The notes under the pieces are model-generated. The model saw only the letters and a program-made list of their open reading frames with translations. It was not told the DNA's origin and made no database searches. Positions 1 to 11,479 of a stretch of 64,000 bases of DNA are shown piece by piece. The DNA is from Octopus vulgaris. Its lineage: Eukaryota. Location of the stretch: positions 3,224,001 through 3,288,000 of the forward strand of contig OX597830.1 of the NCBI GenBank assembly GCA_951406725.2, given 5' to 3'. The position numbers and the translations under genes are program-made. How positions within the stretch are numbered: position 1 is the first letter of the stretch; each line of letters opens with the position of its first letter.

Positions 1-582
1 AAAATTGTAAGCTAACGTGTATGTGTGTGTGTGTGCGCGCGCATGTGTGTGTGTGTGTGACAGGGATGAGCCATTCATACTGGTCATCCTTTTTGCTAGA
101 AGAAGATCCGCTATGGTCTTATATGCTACACCACTGGTTTTCAATTAATTTTAATCAAATTAATATTCAGTTTTTCACCCTTATTATGTGTGTGTGTATT
201 AGCAATTCGTATAAAATTGCATCAATGACTTGAACTTGAATAAGTGGTTTCACATAAATGGGGATAAATTAAAAAGGTTTGTCGTTAGTATTATTACTGT
301 TTGACTATTGTAATCACGTTTGTTGGTTCCTCGCCAGGGAAACTTTGTTGTGTTGCATTTGTTAAATAATTGTAAACTGTAACCCTCCCCCTTTCGGAGA
401 AGGGGCTTTGGTTATTGTTTCAAAATTGAATTGTGTCCCTGTTTGGGGAAATTGACAATATTTTCACCGTCTTTATACATATATATATACACATATATAC
501 ATGCATAATATATCTACCCATACACACACATGGACACAAACACACACACACATACATAGGGGCAGGTGTGGCTGTGTGGTAA

Positions 583-1899
583 CAAACTACATTCGAAGAT
601 ACTGTACTTGATATGGGTGGTAGTGCCTTGCTGGTCTATGGCCTACCTTCAACAAACCGGGAAGGCACAAAGACTCTGTCTTCACATTTGCTGCGTGAGA
701 CACGTTTTAATGTTGATGAGCTTGCTGAGTACATAGCCGACAATGAACCAAAGCTCCTTCCAGAACACAAGTTCGCTTACAACTCCGTTGTTAATTCAGT
801 CCGGGCCAAAACTGGGAGGATTTTTTTCCTGGACGCTCCTGGGGGCACTGGGAAAACTTTTGTCAACAAATTAATATTGGCTGAGATTAGGCGAACACAA
901 GGCATTGCCCTAGTTGTGGCATCATCTGGAATTGTGGCTACTTTGTTGCCAGGTGGCAGGACAGCTCACTCCACTTTCAAGCTTCCGCTTGACTTAGCGA
1001 AGACTGAGACACCAACTTGCAACATCAGTAACAGCTCCAATCAGGCAGAAGTCTTCAGACGATGCAAGCTTATCGTTTGGGATGAATGCACGATGGCCCA
1101 CAGACGTGCTCTTGAGGCACTAGATAGATCTCTCAGAGACATCAAACACTCTTCAGCTCCCATGGGAGGCATAACACTTCTTCTTTCAGGGGACTTCCGA
1201 CAAACACTTCCTGTTATTCCCAAAGGGACTAGAGCTGATGCAGTAAGTGCGTGTCTTAAGTCATCCACATTGTGGCCACTGGTGAAGACTCTCAAACTTC
1301 ACACCAATATGCGTGCTCATATGCGACGTAATATCACATCAGCAGCATTTTCTCACACCCTCCTTGCACTTGGCGAAGGCAAAATACCAGGGGATGAAAA
1401 TGGTAATATTGCCATCGATTCCATTTGTACCATTGTCAAAACGCCTTCTGATCTCATAGATGCAGTGTTCCCAGATCTACAAGCTAATTATCAGAATATG
1501 GATTGGATTGGCCAAAGGGCTATTCTGGCCCCGAGGAATAAAACTGTTCACCATATTAATGATGAAATGCTAAAACTCATTCCTGGGGAAGTCTATGTAT
1601 ATAAGTCTATCGATACAACTCCTGACCCAGAGGACGTCATCAACTATCCAATAGAGGTAGTCAATTCCTTTGAGCACCCCGGACTACCACCACACATTCT
1701 CAAACTTAAAGTTAGTGCCCCTATAATGCTCATTAGAAATTTGGTTCCCCCAAAACAATGCAATGGCACACGTTTGATCGTTAAGTCCTTATCTCCCACC
1801 GTAAACTTATATCAATATTTGCCTGAATAATCATCATAATTCAGTGCAATCATTAACAGTACTTATTCAGCCCCGAGCATCGCCGGGCAATTCTGCTAG
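583..1899 (+). mobile_element. Helitron 3' fragment (RepHel helicase region plus 3' terminus)
   Basis: PIF1-family helicase ORF followed by the GC-rich hairpin cccgagcatcgccggg (1872-1887) and terminal CTAG (1896-1899) before a T, the canonical Helitron 3' end. No Rep/HUH domain or 5' TC end is visible. Confidence 0.9.
613..1830 (+). CDS. Helitron PIF1-like SF1B helicase, truncated (405 aa open frame)
   Basis: Walker A FLDAPGGTGKT, ASSGIVATLLPGGRTAHSTFKLP, Walker B IVWDECTM, LSGDFRQTLPV, RAILAPRN and GLPPHILKLKV..MLIRNL...CNGTRL. Similarity stops after NGTRLIVKSL and the last motifs (QFP..AFAMTINKSQGQ) are absent, so it is probably non-functional. Confidence 0.88.
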   Translation: MGGSALLVYGLPSTNREGTKTLSSHLLRETRFNVDELAEYIADNEPKLLPEHKFAYNSVVNSVRAKTGRIFFLDAPGGTGKTFVNKLILAEIRRTQGIALVVASSGIVATLLPGGRTAHSTFKLPLDLAKTETPTCNISNSSNQAEVFRRCKLIVWDECTMAHRRALEALDRSLRDIKHSSAPMGGITLLLSGDFRQTLPVIPKGTRADAVSACLKSSTLWPLVKTLKLHTNMRAHMRRNITSAAFSHTLLALGEGKIPGDENGNIAIDSICTIVKTPSDLIDAVFPDLQANYQNMDWIGQRAILAPRNKTVHHINDEMLKLIPGEVYVYKSIDTTPDPEDVINYPIEVVNSFEHPGLPPHILKLKVSAPIMLIRNLVPPKQCNGTRLIVKSLSPTVNLYQYLPE

Positions 1900-2727
1900 T
1901 CTAAGAATAAAAAAAATCCTCAAAATGGGGTGACATGGTCCAACACAGTGCTGTAGCAGACTCATCCAGCCAAAGCAAGCATGAGTAACAGAACAAGGAA
2001 TTATGGTAATGCTCAAGATTCCTTCACTGGTTTCAGTCCCCATAAATCACCATAATACAGGAGTTTTGTCTTCGATAGTTCAGTTGATCCTATCAACCTT
2101 GGTATTTGTTTCAGGCTGGTATTCATTTTATCAAACTTTGTTTGTCAAACTTCTAATTTTCAGAATATGATGATACACAAACATAAAGAATTCTGGGTTT
2201 AAAAGATAAACTTAGACACATACATATCCAAATGCACACACATGCAACAAGCTTCCCTTCAGTTTCCATCTATCTCTTCCTCTTGCAATGCATTGATTAA
2301 TCTCTAAGAATACAATAGGAAACACATGTTGAAGAAAGGCGGCCACATGTGAGATTAAACCAGGGACCCCATTGTTATGAAAGAAACCTTTAAACCACCC
2401 AAGCCTTGCTTGTATTTATTTATTTATTTATGAAGCAATGACATTTCAAAAATAAGCATACACACAAGGTGCAGTTATTTGACCAATCAGAAAGACAATA
2501 ACTTCTGTTTGGAAAGTCATGACCCAAACAACCTATACCTGCATGGAAAGCACATGTAAAAATCATAATGATGATGATGACGACAACAAGGACAACAACT
2601 ACAATGCTGATGAGGAAAATGATGGTGATAAGGATGATAATGATGTATGTTATATATGCAATTAAACATTATGGTGAACCAACCATTGTGTAACTGAAGT
2701 TTAGTGACATATATATATAATGTTCAG

Positions 2728-3019
2728 TGGAGGCGCAATGGCCTAGTGGTTAGGGCAGTGGACTCGCAGTCGTAGGATCACAGTTTCAATTCCCAGACCG
2801 GGTGTTGTGAGTGCTTATTGAGCGAAAACACCTAAAAGCTCCATGAGGCTCTGGCAGGGGTTGGTGGTAATCCCTGCTGTACTCTTTTGCCACAACTTTC
2901 TCTCACTCTTTCTTCTGTAGGCCAGCTCGCTTAGCCAGCGGGGTGGCGTCATTTGAAGGCATTGTGACCAGCGATGTGTAGCAACATCTGATAATCTGGG
3001 TCGGTCATGTGATCACATG
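2728..3019 (+). mobile_element. tRNA-derived SINE with 15-bp target-site duplication
   Basis: Box A-like TGGCCTAGTGG and box B-like GTTTCAATTCC in a tRNA-like head; catgtgatcacatg tail. The direct repeat atatataatgttcag lies at 2713-2727 and 3020-3034. Confidence 0.85.
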
Positions 3020-3059
3020 ATATATAATGTTCAGACGGATATATATCATCATTAATTTC

Positions 3060-3590
3060 GGCCAGTTAATGTAACTTGCTGACATTACAATTTTACAGTC
3101 AGTTCAGTTCTATGTAAAAATCCTCGTCTGATAATTCCACTTCACAGTCTATAACTGATTGCAACTTGAAAGTCTTAAAAACATTCATCCAAGAAATATC
3201 AAATTATGCCAGCTCCCATGTTAAACTCAAATATAATAGTCATCTCTGCATTAATATTGCCAGCACATAGACCATATTTGCATACAGAGTTCTCTTCACA
3301 AGATTCAAATACATTCAGAATCGAATACCCAGGGGAACATCTGATGTAGATGACCGATTTATCTCTTGAATATATTAATTTTACAGAAGCAGTAGAACAG
3401 TCCATAAATTAACTTCTTTTCTTTTTTTCTACTTGGCCAGAGTGAAATAATGGCTTTGAAGTTGTGACAGAGTTCATAACTAGAAGCAACAGTATCAAAA
3501 CTGCCCTTTTTCCACTTGAAATGGCGGTTGTCCTCTTTTAAATAACTGACACTCCATTGGTTATGGCAAAAAGGTGACACAATCACAGAA
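3060..3590 (-). pseudogene. Highly decayed non-LTR retrotransposon RT remnant (CR1/L2/Jockey-like)
   Basis: Minus-strand peptides loosely echo RT motifs in the right order (IRCSPGYSIL ~ SGVPQGSIL; KYGLCAGN ~ LYADD), with frameshifts. Weak, by-eye similarity only. Confidence 0.35.
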
Positions 3591-3860
3591 CCCCTTGTTC
3601 ACGAAATTAACATGCAAATGGCTGAGCACTCTTTAGACATATGTACCCTTCATGTATTTCTCAGGGAAAATTCAGCATGACAGAGAATGTGGCAAAGCAG
3701 GCCCCTTTCAATTACTGGTACAACTCATGTTTGTCAGCTGAATGGACTGAAGCAGTGTGAAATAAAGCGTCTTGCTCAAGAACACAAAGCACTACTAGGA
3801 ATTGAACTCATGTCCTTAAGATCGTCAGCTGAATACCCTAACCTCTAAGCCACAGGCCAT
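3588..3860 (-). mobile_element. tRNA-derived SINE (related copies at 54680-54935 minus; head only at 49081-49177 plus)
   Basis: The reverse strand reads TGGCTTAGAGGTTAGGG...GAGTTCAATTCC (box A/B-like), then gtgttcttgagcaagac and cagtccattcagctg. The same motifs recur in the other copies. Confidence 0.7.
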
Positions 3861-6735
3861 TATAATTGTCCTTTACAGGTTTGACCAAGGGACACTTGTA
3901 TGCTGTGCCAAGATGACTGCCAAAAGACACCAGCTGTATCTTAAAGTGATAGACTTAATCTGTCTGATTTAAATCACTGCATGGCCATTGGTAGGGGTGG
4001 CAGAATATATTCCATTGCAGGCATCGGGGTTAGAATTCTGGTCAGACAATCGTCTTCCACTCCTCCAAACAGTTTCAAAGGCTCAGAAAAATAACTTGCA
4101 CCATTCTTCCTTTTTCGACTAAGCCAAACAAAGTAATAAAAAAAGAACTGATTTCAAATTTCGGCAGAAGCTGAGTAATCTCTGGAGAAGGTGTTAAGTT
4201 GATTACATCGACCCCAGTGTTTGACTGGTACTTATTTTATCACCCCAGAAGGATGAAAGGAAAGTCATCCTCAGTGGAATTTGAACTCTGTATGCAAGGA
4301 AACAGAATGCTGGATGGTTTTGCCTGGGATTAGGTGAAATATCTCTGTACTAAAGATTGATCTTGCACTATTAGGGTCTAAAATTAGAGACTGAGAAGAC
4401 TGCATCAAGTGTGCAAAACTCCAAAAGAAATCCACAGGTGTCTTTTCTTGAAATGAAGATAAGGAGACAAAGTTTATACCACAGGTGTAATGCTGTACAT
4501 CAGTGAAACATGACAGGTTTTGGGAGTTGCTCTGAAATGATTGAACATTAAAGGAGGCATCGGTTGATGTATCAAGGTAGGGTTTCATCATTATAAACCT
4601 ACTGGTAAGGCAAATCAGTTGGGAAGGAAATGATTAGGGAATTAGCAATTATGGGTAATAGACATTCAGTGTGAGAGAGCTTGATCAGGCATTGGAAGAT
4701 CATGTTTTACTGATCGTTCAATAGATGATCAATGAGGGTGTTGAACCAGTCATCAATCATAGCAAACAAATATATTAATACAATGAGAATGATGAAGAAA
4801 TGATGACATACAGAAAGGTCCTTATTCCACATCAATCATATTAATCTCAGCCATCAATCATTTGTATCCAGGGTATTCTCTCCTTTCAAGGCTAATAAAT
4901 ATAAATTATTCATTATAACCGTTATTTCATTACAATGGAAGTAATGAAAGAAATATCCTATTTACACCGCTTGACATTTTTCAATGATGAATATCCTGAC
5001 CCAGGAGGGTTGGTATCAGTGCATCTTGAACTCAGAATGTAAAGGAATATAAGTAAACATCTTTGATTTTTGTCAGTTTTTCATATTCAGATTCAATAAA
5101 TTATGGTATTCGCCCCAGCGCTCTGTGCTCTGGGTTCAAATCCCATGAAGGTCAAATGCACTTTTCTTCATTTTGAGATTGGTAAAGAAATTAGCCATCA
5201 AGCACTGCTACAGCTCTCTCTCTCTCTCCCTCACTCTCTTTTCTCTTTCTCTCTCCCTCTCTCACTCTCTCTATCTCTCTCTCCACCTTTCTCATCCTGG
5301 ATGGTCCACTAGGTGTCAGTGGTATCCAATAGTGTCCAAGGGTATCCACGGGGATAATTGGGTGCTTGTGCCTGGTCTTGTCTATATGGCCATCGAAGAC
5401 AATAAGAAAAACCATGGCACACACTACTGAAGCATTCATTCTGAACGGCAGCCGTAGTTTGTGGTTTCAGTTCTTCTATACACACACAAACACACACACA
5501 AACACACACAAACACATGGTAGAGCATGGCTGAATATATATCATTCTAAGAAATTTATACATGTGACTAACACTCATGCACCCACACACATGCATATACA
5601 GTCACACACACACATACACATGCACACATACACTCACACATGAAGTAATGACTTAATCTCAGTTTATAAATCTCCCTCCATGTGTGGCTGCCACTGGTTA
5701 GTCCCATAAGCAGGAACATTTCTTTGATTTATGGTCCTGAAGGTTACATAACCATTTCTGGGGTTACTGTGAAGATATCCCAAAGAGTGGTAAGAAGAGA
5801 AATTCTGGTGCCTAAATGTTGAGAATGTTTTCAACTTAAGAAGGATGGTTTTGAATTTATAAATGAATATTCAGCCACAGAAATTATGGCTTGAACAACT
5901 AGAACTGATTTGATTAATCCTCTTCACCATTATATTGATCCTCTCCGTTATTTCCCTGAGTGTGTTTTTTGTTGTTGTCATAGGTTTGATGGATCTGCAA
6001 TATCTAATATCACTTGAATACTTTCAATCTTGCTTGAACCCTTGTACAAGTGTGAACATGCTGGAATATGATCTCACCCCGTCACCACATTTGATTGTAA
6101 TTTTGATAATTATACAATGTTGATATTAATAATTATTTGATTAGATTAGTGTATCTTCATCTAAATTATTTATCAATATCACATTGTTGCATCCTTATTT
6201 CAACTTGGGGCTATTTTTTTATATTCAGATATCATTAATATTAAAAAAAAGACTGCTTATTTAGGAGTTGCCAACATTAATATTTATACAAATTCTTCTG
6301 AGGTTTTCTCTAAAGAATTTGTATAAATATTGATCTTTACATATTTTTTTAATGCGAAGTTAAAATTTCATTATGAGCTCCGAAAGAAAATAAATATTTA
6401 TATAAATACAGTGAACCCTCAATAAAACATACTAATCAGGCAAAAGAGTGTCCAAGTGAACTGAAGGTAAGGATTAATGCTGTATATGGCAGTGGAAATA
6501 TATAAAGGGGGTGATGAGCTTGATAAGCCACAGCAAATTTACAGAAAACGTTACAAACATCATATAATTATATAAAACATACAAACATATATAAATAAAT
6601 ATATATATATATATATAAATATATATGGATGAGTGGAGAAATGAAAGAAAAGAGCACTCCACACATTTAGTAGGTGTTATGTGCATCATCTAAAATGGTT
6701 TGATTCTGTTCCAATTGTTTAAAATAATATATAAC

Positions 6736-8207
6736 TAAACTGCTCTTCAAAACTATAAAGCCAGTGCATTGTCTGTTTTTTTCTGACAAACTCTACTTCC
6801 CAAATTTATGAAAATCAGCTCCAGATAGGAAACGGAATTGAAGAAGGTATTGCAATATTCAAATTTATTGAAATGCAGAAATAAATTAGATCATAATTCA
6901 AGACAACATACAGAGCTGGAAACTGATCAAAACTATGACTGCAGGTTGAATAATGTTACAAAAGAGTTTGGCCGCCACCTCCTGTCTAAATTACTTCAAA
7001 GACACAGGATTTTATGCTCCCAATCAACTTCTGTAGAAGATCAAGTGGAAGCTGCTTTACTGCCATTTCTAGTCCATCACCTGATGGATAGTGCTTGCCT
7101 TCCCTACACACAACATTTGTGAGATAATCCCCAGGCATTCTCTATAGGATTAAGGTCATAACTTCTTGCTGGTCATGGCATGACCTCAATCCCAATTGCT
7201 TGGAGGAAATCCCAAGTTGCCTTTGCTTTATGAATAGGAGCATTGTCTTGTTGAAATATGAAGTTCTTGCCATGGAGCCTTCTTCCTTCTCCATTAATGT
7301 GAGCCCTGTCCAACATATCGATGTATTGTGCAGTATTGAAATGGCCATCCATGATGACAAGTGGAAGCTTCCCATTGGCACAAATATTCCTCCCCACACC
7401 ATAAGACCTCCTTCACTGTTCTGCTGCTTCGAATAAGTAGAATTTTATATACATTCATCTGTCCAGTGATACTTATAACCGTCAGGGCTATCCAAATTCC
7501 ATTTTCCCTCATCTCAGAACAGAACCTTGGTCCATTCACCATCCCAAGTTTGATGCTACCAAACAAACTCAAATCTAACACCTCTGTGAGAAGGGGACAA
7601 TAACGGATGCCTTAGCTGCTTCTTCAGGAGGAAACCATGCTTCGAAACCACCCTTCTTACAATGGATGTCAAGGCTCCTACTCTTGCTGATACTTTGATT
7701 TTGGAAACAGAAGAGCTCCATGACTTCTTCACAGCTCTGACAATGGCCCTGGACGTCCAACAGCTTGAACCCTGTTGTAGCCGTCAGGATCTTTCAGAAA
7801 ATTGTCCACTGGCATCCTGCTTTGCCAAATCTTCTTGGTAATCTTCCAGTTACTCATTCCTTCCACTTTCAGTGCAAGAGTCTTCCCTTGCTCAAGTTTG
7901 GAAAGCTTTGTAGCTTTAGGCATCCTAGAAATGTAATCTGGATCACTGTGACTATCAACGGGTGGAATATTTTCCAAAACAATCTGGAAAGAAATGAAAA
8001 TGTATTTGTGGCTTTATAGTTTTGAAGTGTTGATATGCTTGGGAAAATTGGAAAATCAGGTGTTGTAATGAGATAATAAAGGTACAAGGTTTACATTTCA
8101 AAATATCCATTTACAATATGTCATGCTCCTTGGTCCATTTAAAAACAGTGCTAAATTTCTAAATAACTTAAAAAGCATGTGGCTTTAGAGTTTTGAATAG
8201 TGGTTTA
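6736..8207 (-). mobile_element. Tc1/mariner superfamily, Tc3-like transposon, full-length but decayed
   Basis: 28-bp TIRs match 24/28 (taaactgctcttcaaaactataaagcca at 6736-6763 vs reverse complement of 8180-8207), starting with TA. Internal frameshifted transposase. Confidence 0.88.
7090..7923 (-). pseudogene. Tc3-like DDE transposase pseudogene
   Basis: N-terminal HTH MPKATKLSKLEQGKTLALKVEGMS...FLKDPDGY resembles the Tc3 N-terminus. The catalytic region gives MVWGG, FIFQQDNAPIH and a PARSHDLNPIENAW-like stretch, split by stops and frameshifts. Confidence 0.85.
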
Positions 8208-8212
8208 TATAT

Positions 8213-8558
8213 AGTCCCCTCTTGTTCAGCATAGTCCTCCTGGCAATAACAGAAGAATTTAAGGCTGTCCTTGGGGGTTCTTCTATGTTGAAGTCCTTGT
8301 TCTTATAGCTCAATCACAGCTAGAACTAAAGAAATTTCAGGTGTGGAAGCAAGATTCAGAATCAAAAGGCCTAAGAGTTAATCCAGCAACAACCAAAGTC
8401 TTAGTAAGTAGGAGAGCAGGCAAGTCAGAAATCTCTTCACGTAGACAGACCTGCTTAATTTGTAGAAAAGGTATCGGTAGAAACTCCATAAGTTTACCCA
8501 GTGTAAATTATGGACACAGTGTAAGTTATGCAGCAAAATCAGAGGAAGGTTAACAGGG
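8213..8558 (+). mobile_element. Old RTE LINE internal fragment (RT end/PHD region)
   Basis: Aligns by eye to 25770-26115; peptide WKQDSESKGLRVNPATTKVLVS...CLICRKGIGRNSI. Confidence 0.8.
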
Positions 8559-8899
8559 TGTTGTACAGTGAAACTGTACACCCCTCCTGGTAAAAAGTGG
8601 TAGAAGCCAGTCATTATAAATGGACAAGTAGCTAGTTATCAAGAGAAGGTCAAAAGTACTGAGAGTACATGTTGACCGTGTTGATAGTCGTGTCTGTGCT
8701 GATATAATAATTACACTGTGATACTGAGTGGACGCTATAAGGATCCAACCCTTTGAGGATAATAACACTGTACAACTGGGGTCATACAGTACCAGATAGA
8801 ACCATTCTATTGACGACTTCAGAATATAATAATATCTGTCAGAGCAACAACTATCATCAAAAGACGGGTACATCCAGCTGTTTTACTTATTTTTCTGAA

Positions 8900-9830
8900 A
8901 TACGCAAGGAAAATCATTTACCTTGAATTCTTCAAAATGAGATTGTATCTCCACATCATAAAGAAGTCTTCTTTTTCCTTTTCCAGGGCAGTGACTGGAT
9001 GTGTAGTCTTCAGTGCCTTTCTTGAAGCTGCTAAATTACACATTGCTTACTCAGAGCAGTGACATTCATTGTTCTTGAGAGTTCTTTTTCCTCCTGTGTA
9101 TTCCCTAAGGTTGTCCTCTTCTACCACCATAACAACTTTTGAATATTTTTTTTTGCTATAATCTCCTGTACCCTCCAATTATTCTTTGAAACACCAGAGG
9201 TATCATGAAGTAATTTTGAATCGCAAAATATGTGCCTAATTTTATCATAATTAACTGACAAGTTGATTGCTGCTGGGAGGAGCAAACTCCTTGTTGAAAA
9301 TTAATATCACCTTCAAGTCATCAGCAGAAAGGTTCAAGATATCTTCCTGTTTGTGAACTGCATGAACGAAATTAGAGGAAAAGCAGTCTCTAAAACTATG
9401 CTTCTGAATTACAATTCCATAGAATGGTAGTAATGGTAACAGGTAATTATGCCTTTCAAAACCCATGAACAGAACAACCTTCTCATTACCAGCTGCCTTC
9501 ACTCAACACAATGCTGAAAAATATTTCTTACTGAAATCACAACAGCTACATACAACTGAAGAGTTCGGAGGCTGACAAAGATGCTCTCATAAGATGTGAC
9601 AAAATGAGGTTCATTTTTCAACAGCCATTTCAGTCTACCCTTGTAGCTGTCATTTTCAAAAGTCTGGGAATTCTGAGGTTGTAACTATCAATACACCCAA
9701 CTTTCATTCCAATGAAACACCTGAAAAGTTCATGATAAAGTCCTCACAATTAAATCCTTTCTAGATGGTTCACTTTCTTCCTTGGTCACTCTACTGCCTG
9801 CTTCACCAGGAGTAAATTTATTACTCATTC
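8900..9830 (-). pseudogene. Ancient LINE remnant, possibly RTE/BovB-like
   Basis: Broken minus-strand frames include FKENNWRVQEIIAKK, resembling the RTE post-endonuclease WFDEN..EIQELL.KK motif. Many stops. Confidence 0.3.
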
Positions 9831-9963
9831 TTTAACAATTTCTAAATCATCATAAAATTGGTAATAAAATAATTAAAATTCACAGATAAAAAATTCTTGT
9901 TACCATGTCTCAGTAGCTTCACAAAAACACTTTAAATTTCTATAACATACATATTGCTACCTA

Positions 9964-10806
9964 TTATGGGGATAATAGTAATAATGGAACACCCATCTCA
10001 TGTGATGAGTGGTATGTTCTAGTTGCTACAAATATCGTGACATAGGAAGTTGATATAGATAGTCATGCCTTACTTGTCTAAATAACTATATTGCTATACC
10101 AGACTGGGTGTTATAACAGCCCAACAAAGGATTACAACATTGGCAATGAGTATTTAACAAACTCACAAGAAGTAACGAAACTGACAAAAGTTTTTTGTCC
10201 AAATTTTATGGTATACAAAATCATAAAATTATGGAAGAATTGTCGACCGGTTTGCTTGAGTTGCAAAAACAGCAACAATAACAACTGAAATAAAAAGAAC
10301 AACAATTACTATTACAGCAATAAATGCTACAATTAATGAATAGTAAGTCATCAAAAATGCTAAAAATAATGTTTTCTTGAACCTAAGAAAGTGGAAGAAC
10401 CAAAGAAATGGTTAGATAATACTTTTCAAGTACGAACATCACTACAAATAATTGAACGCAGACACACAAGCGAAAGGAAGAGAAAATATATGGAGTTCTT
10501 GGATGTGGATGCCAAATGAAAAACATTAAATTTGTAACAGTATCAAAACAGAAAAAAATCCTCAAAAAAGGGAGGTGGGGTGATGTAAAAATTGTTAATA
10601 AAAAGAAATAAAATTATACTCCCTAAGAAAAAAAGAAAATCTTAAAAGGGGATATGTTATGGGGATGATAATAATGATGATGGAACACCTCTCCCATGTG
10701 GCAAGTGGTATGTTCTAGTCACTACAAATACTGTGACGTAGGAAGTTGAGAGAGTGTCAGTTGAGTAGTCAATATAGATTGTCGTGTCTTACTTGTCTAA
10801 CTATAC
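9964..10806 (+). repeat. Pair of ~130-150-bp diverged direct repeats (9964-10090 and 10657-10806)
   Basis: Both copies read ttatggggat...atggaacacc...catgtg...agtggtatgttctagt...ctacaaata..gtgac.taggaagttga...cttacttgtcta. Confidence 0.75.
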
Positions 10807-10813
10807 TGACATG

Positions 10814-10815
<2 letters not shown>

Positions 10816-10863
<48 letters not shown>
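10816..10863 (+). repeat. (CA)n microsatellite
   Basis: Perfect dinucleotide run. Confidence 0.95.
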
Positions 10864-10866
<3 letters not shown>

Positions 10867-11446
10867 TTGCAAATGTATACACATATCATAAATCTCTGAA
10901 TTTATATAATCCTAATTTCTTAGGCCTGTCTTGATGTCTCAAGACCTAACCAACAACATCTCAATAAAAACTCTTTTAGATATTAATTTATTTCTTAAAA
11001 TGCAATAATTCTCCCTGAAACAATAAAACAAAATATATAAATAAATTAATAAATAAATCATCTTCCCAAAACAAAAAAGGAATAATCAAAGACTAAATGG
11101 CATCAGAAATATTTGGAATATTCATCTTTGTTAAACATGATATAGCGTCAAATATGGATTAAATGCTTCCAGGAGCATCCAATAAATGTGATTTAATTAC
11201 AAGAAGAAATTTACTTCCACTGTCTAATAACAAGCTTCAAGCACTTTTGCCAATAATAACCGTCTGATATTGGTAATGTACAATCTTATTGGCACTAAGA
11301 GGTCTTCTATGTTGCTGGGTGCTGTAGTTCTTTTATATTTTACAAAAGTAACTTTCATCAATGTCTTTCTTGTTTAATGCCTCATCTTCCCATGCTGGAC
11401 TCTGAAATATCAAACTAATATACTTAATACCAATGATTAACATCAC

Positions 11447-11478
<32 letters not shown>

Positions 11479-11479
<1 letters not shown>

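Noticed and set aside
613-1830. Host PIF1 helicase gene
   Set aside because: Intronless, has Helitron-type motifs, lacks the final helicase motifs and is followed by a Helitron hairpin-CTAG end.
2728-2800. Functional tRNA gene (also at 49081-49150)
   Set aside because: tRNA-like boxes only, with no clean cloverleaf; continues into a SINE body, and the first copy has a TSD.
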